A stretch of DNA of 63,067 bases from Gammaproteobacteria bacterium (GTDB lineage: Bacteria; Pseudomonadota; Gammaproteobacteria; Steroidobacterales; JABDKV01): positions 1 to 63,067 of the forward strand of contig JAHEKH010000004.1 in NCBI GenBank assembly GCA_024638445.1, written 5' to 3'. The translations under genes were made by a program, and so were the position numbers. The notes beneath the pieces were generated by a model. The model was not told the DNA's origin. It did no database searches and saw nothing but the letters and a program-made list of their open reading frames with translations. Positions 31,101 to 38,784 of the stretch are shown in pieces. The stretch's first letter is position 1, and every line of letters starts with the position of its first letter.

Positions 31101-32527
31101 GCGACATGGACGGCATGCCGGATCGCTACGAGGTGCTGCACGACTGCCTCGACCCGGTCGTCGACGACGCCGCCGCGGATGAAGACCAGAACGGCATAAC
31201 CAACCTCGACGAGTACGAGGCGGGATTCGATCCCTGCCACCCCGACACGGACCGCGGCGGGGAATCCGACGTCTCGGAGCGAACGCGGGGCGCCAACCCG
31301 TTCGACCCGATCGATGACTTTCTGCCGCGGCTGATCGACGTCGAAATCGTGGACTACGTCTCCGAGCACCTCGACTTTCCGCGTGCCGATGACCTGCAGC
31401 CGAACTCGCTGCTGATCCGTTACCAGCTCAAACCCCAGTATCACCAGATGCGCCTGCTGCGCCGGTCGTTCGGTCCCACTTTTACCGAGGTGGCGGTATT
31501 CGACCCCCATGCCGAGGGCGGTCTGTATCGCGACACCGGGCTGATCAACAATATTCTTTACGAGTACCGGTTACAGCCGATCGATATCAACGGTTTCGAG
31601 GGAACGCCGAGCCACATCATCTCTGGCGTACCAAAGCTCGACCCGGTACCGCCGATCGGCAGCGTGCTGATCAACCACGGTCAACAGACGACTACCGGCA
31701 CACTCGTCAACCTGTCCCTGTCGGCATCGGCCGGAACTACCGAAGTCAAGATTTCCAACGACCCGAACCTCGACGATGACACCTGGGACGTCTTCGATAG
31801 CCCCTTTATCTCCTGGGGTGTCGATCCCGATCCCGTCAGCGGCGAGGCAACCGTCTACGTGCAATACCGCGACGGCGCCGGCAACGTTTCGCCCAGCGTC
31901 TACGAAGATTCGATAACCGTGGTGGACGGTAACGCCGTTGGCACGATAACCGGCAATGTCTATCTGGGTGCCGCCCGGGGCGGCCCGGTCCCCGCCGAGG
32001 GCATCACCCTCGTGCCGGATGGCCCCGGCGACAACTGGCCCGAGTTCACGCGCTCAAACGGCTTCTACGTGATTCGCAACCTCGAGCCCGGCACGTATGA
32101 CCTCACCGCGCACTACCCGAACTACGAGTCAGAGACCCTATCCGGCGTGGTGGTCGTGCAAAACGGTACAACCAGCTTGCGTGACATCATTCTCGGCGCG
32201 GCCGATACCGATGGCGACGGCGTCGCCGACATCGCAGATAACTGCAGCCTGGAGGCAAATAACCGCCAGCACGACACCGACGCCGACGGCTTTGGCAACG
32301 CCTGCGATCTCGACCTGAACAACGACTGCACCGTCAATTTCCTCGATCTCTCCATGTTCGAGACAGTGTTCTTCACCAGCGATCCCGATGCCGACACAAA
32401 CCAGGACGGCACGGTGAACTTCCTCGACCTGATCGTCATGGAGCAATTGTTCTTTGGCCCACCCGGCCCGAGCGGGATTCCGACCGTCTGCGATCAAGCG
32501 GGGCACGCCGACCGACCGCACCACTAG
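28106..32527 (+). CDS. large secreted multidomain protein: HExxH metallopeptidase, VWA, choice-of-anchor-X-like, Ca-binding repeats, FN3-like, carboxypeptidase-regulatory-like, TSP3/dockerin-like tail
   Basis: GGGAGG RBS and signal peptide at ATG 28106; GHELWHHVE plus WEGTA; VIDRSGSM MIDAS with LLSDG; DDGLHGDGAANDGIY; DGDMDGMPD; DLNNDCTVNFLDL...DTNQDGTVNFLDL. Confidence 0.88.
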   Translation: MTRSALPGIVALVLLGTAAHADHPSPYPWTLSTSDFDYDIFFDASNPYDCSSGDDVPSNADGNFISVATAQWMANALDRQGNAVPGFPDGYHPGYVNLGFKAPDFNGEDDEVLVYDCAPREDGPHEDDDCDSGRATFTRIIMPSTLFCSSSERNVRRVMGHELWHHVEQAYSDKFGEWGKVAWEGTARMMEDQVYDDIDGDDTLRFDNEVNGYLGNPNQEFWRSSYRSALGWKYMAEQYGTVTTEPQVGVDFIRQFWENVEANDDTPDLPGTIEQTIQDFSPNTSLREWFHDFTTANLAQQYDASGLPDADKFTYIDNNDGNGTAFAPVGRTWTGSIFSADSAVSAVVRWGASYYEAEGTCIPGWFMGYRARNADDARHALAAVTLSDEVGRLIRGGGEEFAVAFLQPDPPLYNRLVAGITAGDDQIAFSYEFDCGPGSIDIALPTSLYPTFVGPPDDPRNLIVRLRVNGPDGLGGASVVGLQKEDFQVYVGTLGNPADEAQVVGGRDVLGEYWITVKPPAKGNTNTYDLHVSMGGGVLSIDDSSANSVSYEEKLLDQVLVIDRSGSMIVPVDATKLEAAQNAASLFVDISAETDRIGLVSFSSNAVTDATLSDATGTHKDTVKTKLAALTAAGGTSIGDGLDEGADQLFLNGVGAGEDWLVLLSDGVETDQLFWDNVQAGIVAQGVRINTIALGADADQVLLQDIANTTGGQFYFVDANSFRGGSASVANELADVYASNLEAMRGHERLWEVSGHLLTETSFDIEIEGDGLSDINLFFNWEDADDTLDVEILRPDGTPVTDGSNGASVVHEATHVVTQLPVMTAGTWTVNLTADTGSPRYIGILSGRDTQGPELTVQFAQNDDDVFSEIVGGYYLRGLPQPITATLIDDTGAVTGARVLASIEHPDGTVIDLRLSDDGLHGDGAANDGIYANRYTRTTAFSLPDQPDAPGSGSRGSYNVSVTAGGTDNNQNVFNRIRKGTFQVLELDGLKPGADPSDGDMDGMPDRYEVLHDCLDPVVDDAAADEDQNGITNLDEYEAGFDPCHPDTDRGGESDVSERTRGANPFDPIDDFLPRLIDVEIVDYVSEHLDFPRADDLQPNSLLIRYQLKPQYHQMRLLRRSFGPTFTEVAVFDPHAEGGLYRDTGLINNILYEYRLQPIDINGFEGTPSHIISGVPKLDPVPPIGSVLINHGQQTTTGTLVNLSLSASAGTTEVKISNDPNLDDDTWDVFDSPFISWGVDPDPVSGEATVYVQYRDGAGNVSPSVYEDSITVVDGNAVGTITGNVYLGAARGGPVPAEGITLVPDGPGDNWPEFTRSNGFYVIRNLEPGTYDLTAHYPNYESETLSGVVVVQNGTTSLRDIILGAADTDGDGVADIADNCSLEANNRQHDTDADGFGNACDLDLNNDCTVNFLDLSMFETVFFTSDPDADTNQDGTVNFLDLIVMEQLFFGPPGPSGIPTVCDQAGHADRPHH

Positions 32528-32538
32528 GGGAAACAAAG

Positions 32539-33481
32539 ATCGCGGCTGGAAGCCGCTGCTACGGCCTTATTCGCCAAAGCCTAAGCGAGAGAGCTGCCGG
32601 TGCCTTTCTTTGATGACGTCAGATCCTCGGCACCAAAGAGAGGTGCCGGCAGATCGCTCGCGCAATCTCGCAATCAATGAACACTGTGCGGACTTCACCC
32701 CAGCGGCGAAACCGGGGAATCGCGGCTGGAAGCCGCTGCTACGGCCTTATTCGCCAAAGCCTAAGCGAGAGAGCTGCCGGTGCCTTTCTTTGGTGACGTC
32801 AGATCCTCGGCACCAAAGAGAGGTGCCGGCAGATCGCTCGCGCAATCTCGCAATCAATGAACACTGTGCGGACTTCACCCCAGCGGCGAAACCGGGGAAT
32901 CGCGGCTGGAAGCCGCTGCTACGGCCTTATTCGCCAAAGCCTAAGCGAGAGAGCTGCCGGTGCCTTTCTTTGATGACGTCAGATCCTCGGCAGCAATGAA
33001 AGGTACCGGCAGATCGCTCGCGCAATCTCGGAACAAATCCTAAGGGATCGCGGCTGATAGCCGCTCCTGCGCCGGTCGTAATCGCGATGACCTCAGCGAG
33101 AGAGCTGTCGGTGCCTTTTCTTGATGACGTCAGATCCTCGGCAGCAAGAAAAGGTGCCGGCAGATCGCTCGCGCAATCTCGGAACAAATCCTAAGGGATC
33201 GCGGCTGATAGCCGCTCCTGCGCCGGTCGTAATCGCGATGACCTCAGCGAGAGAGCTGTCGGTGCCTTTTCTTGATGACGTCAGATCCTCGGCAGCAAGA
33301 AAAGGTGCCGGCAGATCACTCGCGCAATCTCGGAACAAAGCCCAAGGGATCGCGGCTGCCAGCCACTCCCGCGCCGGTCGTAATCACGATGGCCTCAGCG
33401 AGAGAGCTGCCGGTGCCTTTCTTTGATGACGTCAGATCCTCGGCACCAAAGAGAGGTGCCGGCAGATCGCTCGCGCAATCT
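32539..33481 (+). repeat. six-unit tandem array (periods 180,180,148,151,151 bp) of a REP-like palindrome plus a 77-nt hairpin
   Basis: units start at 32539, 32719, 32899, 33047, 33198 and 33349; hairpins start at 32585, 32765, 32945, 33096, 33247 and 33398. Confidence 0.95.
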
Positions 33482-33508
33482 AGCAAAAGGAGAACCGCGG
33501 AAGCCGGG

Positions 33509-34096
33509 TCAGAGCCCCATCATGCGGGCGAGGGTGGCGCGGGCCTCACCGACGCCCTGCTTCGAGTGTGCCGAAAAGAGCTGCGCGGTGACGGTGTCGC
33601 CCAACTCGCGGCGCACGCCGAGCAGCGTGCTGGCGGCCTTGCCCCGGCTGAGCTTGTCCGCCTTCGTCAGCAACGCGTGCACCGGGCAGTCATAGGCCAA
33701 CGCCCAGTCCAGCATCCGCTCGTCGAATTCCGTCAGCGGCCGCCGCACGTCCATCACCAGGAACAACCCCTCGAGGCTGCGCCGCCGGCTGAAATAGGCC
33801 TCCATGAGCACCCGCCAGTGCCGCCGCATCTTTTCCGGCACCTTGGCATAGCCATAGCCCGGCAGGTCCACCAGCCGGTGCGACCCGTCAATCTCGAAAA
33901 AGTTGATCAGCTGCGTGCGGCCTGGCGTCTTGCTGATCCGGGCCAGCTGCTTCTGCCCCGCAATGACGTTGATCGCGCTGGATTTCCCGGCATTCGAGCG
34001 GCCGGCGAAGGCCACCTCCAGACCCTTGTCGGGCAGGAAATCGCCCGGTTGCCAGGCACTCTGCAGAAAACGGGCTTTCTGGAAGGGATTCGACAT
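33509..34096 (-). CDS. engB: ribosome biogenesis GTPase YihA/YsxC
   Basis: [28 protein letters not shown]. Confidence 0.97.
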   Translation of the reverse strand: MSNPFQKARFLQSAWQPGDFLPDKGLEVAFAGRSNAGKSSAINVIAGQKQLARISKTPGRTQLINFFEIDGSHRLVDLPGYGYAKVPEKMRRHWRVLMEAYFSRRRSLEGLFLVMDVRRPLTEFDERMLDWALAYDCPVHALLTKADKLSRGKAASTLLGVRRELGDTVTAQLFSAHSKQGVGEARATLARMMGL

Positions 34097-34211
34097 ATCG
34101 GCTTCAGTTCCGGTCCCGGGGCGCGATAAACCGCCTCGATAGTGTAAAATCTCGCGGCCCGCGGCGGGGCGGCAGTCTATCGCCTCCATGCCGCATTGGA
34201 AAGGAGCTCGC

Positions 34212-34814
34212 ATGATCAGGACTGCTGCAGTAATTGGATTGACGTTTTGCCTCACCGCCACCGGCTGGGCCGAGGGCGACCCCGAGGCTGGTCAGGCCAA
34301 GGCAACGCCCTGTGCGGCCTGCCATGGTGCCGACGGTAACAGCGTCAATCCCGAGTGGCCGAGCATCGCCGGTCAGCACGCGGGCTATATCGTCAAGCAG
34401 CTGGAAGCGTACAAGAACGGCGACCGGGTCAACGCCCTGATGACCGCGATGGCCATGCCGCTGGACGACCAGGACCGCGCCGACCTCGCGGCCTATTATT
34501 CCAGCCAGTCGTTGACCCCGAAGACCGCGGACCCCGAGCTGGCGGAAGCCGGCGAGAAGCTGTACCGCGGCGGCAACCCGGCAACTGGCGTCGCCGCCTG
34601 CACCGCCTGTCACGGACCCACCGGGCGCGGCGTCCCCGGCGCGATGATGCCCCGCATTGCCGGCCAGCACGCAGCCTACAGCGCCATGCAGCTGAAACTC
34701 TATGCTGCCGGCGAGCGAAGCACCGACAAGGACCAGATGATGCGAAACGTCGCGTCGGCTATGAGCGAAGCCGAGATCGCGGCAGTTTCGGCCTATATTC
34801 AGGGACTTCGCTAA
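34212..34814 (+). CDS. cytochrome c4 (dihaem)
   Basis: signal peptide, CAACH and CTACH; AAGGAG RBS; divergent from engB as in many Gammaproteobacteria. Confidence 0.93.
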   Translation: MIRTAAVIGLTFCLTATGWAEGDPEAGQAKATPCAACHGADGNSVNPEWPSIAGQHAGYIVKQLEAYKNGDRVNALMTAMAMPLDDQDRADLAAYYSSQSLTPKTADPELAEAGEKLYRGGNPATGVAACTACHGPTGRGVPGAMMPRIAGQHAAYSAMQLKLYAAGERSTDKDQMMRNVASAMSEAEIAAVSAYIQGLR

Positions 34815-34904
34815 ATTTTTGTCACGACCGGATACCGGGCGTTGAACTCGCCGGCCGGTCGCTTTACTAATATCACTCGACGAATCGAAAAAACCGGAGC
34901 CGAT

Positions 34905-35699
34905 ATGAAAAGTCTACCTGGCCTGCTGCTCGCGCTGTGCATTGCCCTGCCCGCCTGCAGCGCTGAGAATTCCAGCACGGCAGCCCCCGCTGCGACCGAC
35001 ACACCTGCCACGACGCAGGACACCCGGCCGCCGGAACCTGCCGCCGATACGCCGGTGCTGGCACAGGTTAACGAGACGGCCCCGGCAGAGAGCCCGGCTC
35101 CCGTCACGCCGGTCGCCGCTCCCGCCGAGCGCGCCGATATCGTCGCCGGCCGCCACTACCGGGTGCTGACCCCGGCACAGGCCACCAGCAGCCCGCCCGA
35201 CCGGGTCGAGGTCGCCGAAGTCTTCATGTACAGCTGCCCGCACTGCATGAGCCTGGAGCCTTTTATTAATAACTACCTGGCTGAAAAACCCGGCTACGTG
35301 AATTTCGTCAGGATTCCGGCGGTCTTCCACCAAATGGCCATGGTTCATGCCAAGGGGTTCTATTCCGCAGAGAGCCTGGGCATCCTGGAAGACGTTCATG
35401 AAGACTTTTTCCGCAAGATTCACGTCGAACGCAACCGGTTGACCACCGAGGACGCAGTTGTCGAGTTCTTTGTCGGCCACGGTGTGGATGAAGACAAGGC
35501 CACCGCGGCGTTCAACTCGTTTGCCGTCGACACCAAGGTTCGGCGCGCGAGCGACCTGGGCCGACGCTATGGGATCGACAGCGTTCCCACGCTGGTCATC
35601 AACGGCAAGTACGTCACGTCAGGCACCATGACCGGAAGCATGAGCAAGCTGCGTGAAGTCGTGGATTACCTGGCGGCGAAGGAAGCGGCGCAGCTCTAG
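34905..35699 (+). CDS. dsbA: thiol:disulfide oxidoreductase DsbA, predicted lipoprotein with Pro/Ala/Thr linker
   Basis: LPAC lipobox, CPHC active site, SVPTLVINGKY. Confidence 0.92.
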   Translation: MKSLPGLLLALCIALPACSAENSSTAAPAATDTPATTQDTRPPEPAADTPVLAQVNETAPAESPAPVTPVAAPAERADIVAGRHYRVLTPAQATSSPPDRVEVAEVFMYSCPHCMSLEPFINNYLAEKPGYVNFVRIPAVFHQMAMVHAKGFYSAESLGILEDVHEDFFRKIHVERNRLTTEDAVVEFFVGHGVDEDKATAAFNSFAVDTKVRRASDLGRRYGIDSVPTLVINGKYVTSGTMTGSMSKLREVVDYLAAKEAAQL

Positions 35700-36976
35700 A
35701 TATTTTCTTCGGAGATGATGCGCCAGCGGCCATCGTCTTCGCGCTGCCAGTACTGGCGCTTCCGCGCCTCGCTGCTGAAGGTGTCGCTGTTGTAGCTCTG
35801 GTGGAATGACACCACCAGCATGTCGCTCTCGTGCGGGTGACGGAATACGCTCAGGTCGTCGAGGCCGACTTCAATAAAGCGCTTGTTGCGGGTGACGTTG
35901 GTCTTGTAGGTATCCCACTGGCGCTTATCCATTCCCCGGCCTCGGAAGACCGTCGAGTAGTGCGCGAGGTAGCGATCGACCGCACCGCTCTCCCAGTCCT
36001 GTCGCCAGGTTTCTATGGAGTCGAGAATCTCGCGTTGCTGCTGCTCGATCTCGTTAACCGAGAGCCAGCGGACCTCTTCGGCGATCAACACCGGCGTCGT
36101 GCCGGCTTCCAGGAGGGGTGCGACCTCTTCGAGCTCTGCGTTGCTCAGGGCGACGCAACCATCGCTGTCGAGCGGCGGACGGCTATACGTGCTGCTGGCC
36201 ACGCCATGCAGCCAGATGCCGCCCCCGGTGCGCCCGTGACGCACGTCCCACTCGTTGGGGTAGTCAACCGGGAACGCGACCGGCCCGTATTTGTCAGGCA
36301 ACGTTTCACCCGGCAGACGATCGACTACGAAGTAGACCCCGACGGGTGTCTTGCGATCACCCTGGCGTTGCTTGTGCGCACCGTTCTTGCCGCCGGAGAC
36401 GTAATAGTCGCCGAGCAGCGCCGGTTTGCCGTCGCGGTTTTCAAACAGGAACAGGCGCGACTCGGCCAGATCGACCACCACCGCATTCTTCTGCGATTCG
36501 CTCATCTGCACGAGCGGTGAGGGCAGACGGTCGCCGCGCTTGGCGGTGCGATAGTGTTTCCAGCGCTGCCGGGCTTCATCCATCAGCAGGCCAACCGCAT
36601 CGCTGGACATCGCTTCTGACTGGAACGACATCGGAGCGCCAGTCCGGCTGGCGAGAAGGTCGCCGTAAACCAGATGCGCCAGGCGGAAGTTGGGTTTCTC
36701 CTCGATCAGGTCGCGGACTTCCGATAGCGCAGAATCGATCTCGCCGCGCCTGAAGGTTTCGATGACATTGATCAGCCGGATTTCCGTTTCGGGGTGAGGC
36801 ACCTCAGCGGATATCGCCGGGGTCAGTGTCGCCGCCGTTGCAATGGCTGCACCGGTACTGGCCACCTTGATCGGTTCATCGTCGGCGTCGGCGGTCGGCG
36901 CATGCGCCGTTGCCGCAACCAGGATGGCCGACAGTGCCAAAACCGCAGGCAGGAATGCTCGGTGACTACGGATCAT
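35696..36976 (-). CDS. L,D-transpeptidase (YkuD) with C-terminal NTF2-like domain
   Basis: GDRKTPVGVY, YPN, GGGIWLHG...SDGCV; C-terminal W..DW...YLAHYS..F...W.IISE. Confidence 0.9.
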   Translation of the reverse strand: MIRSHRAFLPAVLALSAILVAATAHAPTADADDEPIKVASTGAAIATAATLTPAISAEVPHPETEIRLINVIETFRRGEIDSALSEVRDLIEEKPNFRLAHLVYGDLLASRTGAPMSFQSEAMSSDAVGLLMDEARQRWKHYRTAKRGDRLPSPLVQMSESQKNAVVVDLAESRLFLFENRDGKPALLGDYYVSGGKNGAHKQRQGDRKTPVGVYFVVDRLPGETLPDKYGPVAFPVDYPNEWDVRHGRTGGGIWLHGVASSTYSRPPLDSDGCVALSNAELEEVAPLLEAGTTPVLIAEEVRWLSVNEIEQQQREILDSIETWRQDWESGAVDRYLAHYSTVFRGRGMDKRQWDTYKTNVTRNKRFIEVGLDDLSVFRHPHESDMLVVSFHQSYNSDTFSSEARKRQYWQREDDGRWRIISEENI

Positions 36977-36977
36977 C

Positions 36978-38069
36978 CTAGATTGCCTCGGAAACCTCAC
37001 TGACGATCTGCCAGCCGGACGTGGTCCGGCGCATCGTCATCGTCTTGATCACCTGGTCCTGGTAGGTATTCGAGCGGTAGCCCTGCACGAAGGTGGCCCG
37101 GGCACGGTCGGCCCCCAGCATCTCGATCTCTATGTCACCCACGTCGACCTGGATAAAGCTCGGCGCCGCCAGCCGGTCTCGGCGATAGGCGACCCAGGTC
37201 GCCCGCGGCGCTCCGTTGGACGGACGAAAATCGGATGCATAAGCATCGATGTAGCCATCGACATCCTGGTTCGACCAGGCGCCCGCCCAGTCACGAATGG
37301 CGTCGCGTATCGCATCCTGTGCCGACGATGCCGGCACCGGGGCGGGAGTCGCCGGTGCCTGCGGCTCCGGGTCGACCATCGCCACCGTCGTGGGCTCGGG
37401 CTCCGGCTCGGCGACGACCGGCTCAGGCTCCGGCGTGGTTTGTGCCACCGCCGGAACGGTTACCGGGAGCGGTTCGCTCTCGATAATTTCGGGTTCTGTT
37501 GCAGCTGCGACCGGCTGTGCCGGCGGCTGCTGTTGCGCGACCTGGGTTGCCGCCGGTGTATCGAAGCTGCCGGGTGCGGGAAACAATCCGTTGACTGCGG
37601 ACAGCTTGAGTCGTGCCGACTCGTTCGACCGGTCTTCCTCGAGCGCGCGATCGTAAGCGATGCCCGCCATCTTCGCGTAAAGATCGCCGAGGTTTTCGTG
37701 TGCCGTGGAATAACTTGGGTGCGTCTGGATCGCCGCCATCAGCGAATCGCGAGCCTTCTCGAACTCACCCTGTTCGGCAAACAACACCGCCAGGTTGTTA
37801 TAAGGCTCGGGCAACTCCGGGTAGTCGTGCGTCAGGCCGGCAAACACCTCAATGGCCTGCTGGCTGCGGCCCTGGTCGGCATAGATGATGCCCTGGAGAA
37901 ACCGGGTCGCCGCATCGTCCGGCGAATTCGCCAGGAGACGTTCGACTTCCGCCAGCGCTTCGCTGGCGCGCCCCTGTTCGAACAAGGTCTGGGCGCGGGC
38001 CAGGTCGGCATGGGCTGACGGCATTGCAAACAGCAATGCCGTGAGCAGAAAAAGGGTATACATACGCAT
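36978..38069 (-). CDS. TPR protein with Pro-rich linker and C-terminal NTF2-like domain
   Basis: signal peptide; YPELPEPYNNLAVL and AHENLGDLY TPR motifs; C-terminal domain similar to that of the adjacent transpeptidase. Confidence 0.87.
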   Translation of the reverse strand: MRMYTLFLLTALLFAMPSAHADLARAQTLFEQGRASEALAEVERLLANSPDDAATRFLQGIIYADQGRSQQAIEVFAGLTHDYPELPEPYNNLAVLFAEQGEFEKARDSLMAAIQTHPSYSTAHENLGDLYAKMAGIAYDRALEEDRSNESARLKLSAVNGLFPAPGSFDTPAATQVAQQQPPAQPVAAATEPEIIESEPLPVTVPAVAQTTPEPEPVVAEPEPEPTTVAMVDPEPQAPATPAPVPASSAQDAIRDAIRDWAGAWSNQDVDGYIDAYASDFRPSNGAPRATWVAYRRDRLAAPSFIQVDVGDIEIEMLGADRARATFVQGYRSNTYQDQVIKTMTMRRTTSGWQIVSEVSEAI

Positions 38070-38176
38070 AGAAGCAAATTCTCAGACGGTTTCTGGGAAC
38101 ACAGGCTTAAGCTCCAATAGCTTATCAGGAAAGCAGGCGTGATGGGACTTCCCGCACGGCTTCCCCAAGCCCCATA

Positions 38177-38740
38177 ATGCGGCCTGTGTCTCGTTTTCGC
38201 ACTCTCGCCGGTCTGGTCATTATCCTGTGGTTGGTCGAACTACTCAACGCCCTCCTGGGACACCGGCTGAACGCTTTCGGGCTGGTGCCGCGTGACCTCG
38301 CCGGACTGCCCGGAATTTTCCTTGCGCCACTGCTGCACGCCGGGTTTTCCCACGCCGCTTCGAACACGGCAGGCCTGTTGGCACTCGGGGGCCTGGTGGC
38401 CCTGCGCGGAGAGCGTCATTTTGTTGTCACGACGCTCGCGATTGTCCTGGTCAGCGGTGGCCTGGTCTGGCTGCTCGGCCGCAATGCGCTGCACGTCGGT
38501 GCCTCCGGACTGGTTTTTGGCTACTTCGGCCTCCTGGTTGGCCGGGCGTGGTACCGCCGGACGACAGACAGTGTGCTGGTCGCCGCCGGGGTGATGGTGG
38601 TCTATGGCGGCCTGCTGTGGGGCGTGCTGCCGGTCAGGTCCTATATTTCATGGGAGGGCCACCTCGCGGGACTGGTCGCGGGGATCCTGGTAGCGCGCTG
38701 GCGGGCCGGCAGCGAGACACCGGTTAGACACTCCGGCTGA
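38177..38740 (+). CDS. rhomboid family intramembrane serine protease
   Basis: APLLH..H..SN, GASG, SWEGHLAG. Confidence 0.92.
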   Translation: MRPVSRFRTLAGLVIILWLVELLNALLGHRLNAFGLVPRDLAGLPGIFLAPLLHAGFSHAASNTAGLLALGGLVALRGERHFVVTTLAIVLVSGGLVWLLGRNALHVGASGLVFGYFGLLVGRAWYRRTTDSVLVAAGVMVVYGGLLWGVLPVRSYISWEGHLAGLVAGILVARWRAGSETPVRHSG

Positions 38741-38784
38741 CGCTTGACTACTATATCTGCCCCGGACATTGCCCCGAGACACTC

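Noticed and set aside
32585-32661. Hairpin as SRP 4.5S RNA or hammerhead ribozyme
   Set aside because: GTCAGATCC...GCAGC loosely recalls SRP helix 8 but the GGAA tetraloop and GGAAG are missing; TTGATGA is not the CUGANGA/GAAA hammerhead core.
32539-33481. CRISPR array
   Set aside because: Units are 148-180 bp, the intervening sequences are themselves repeated rather than unique spacers, and no cas genes are present.
32454-33695. ORFs with repeated peptides across the array
   Set aside because: Frames shift between units because 148 and 151 are not multiples of 3, and substitutions track base-pairing rather than codons.
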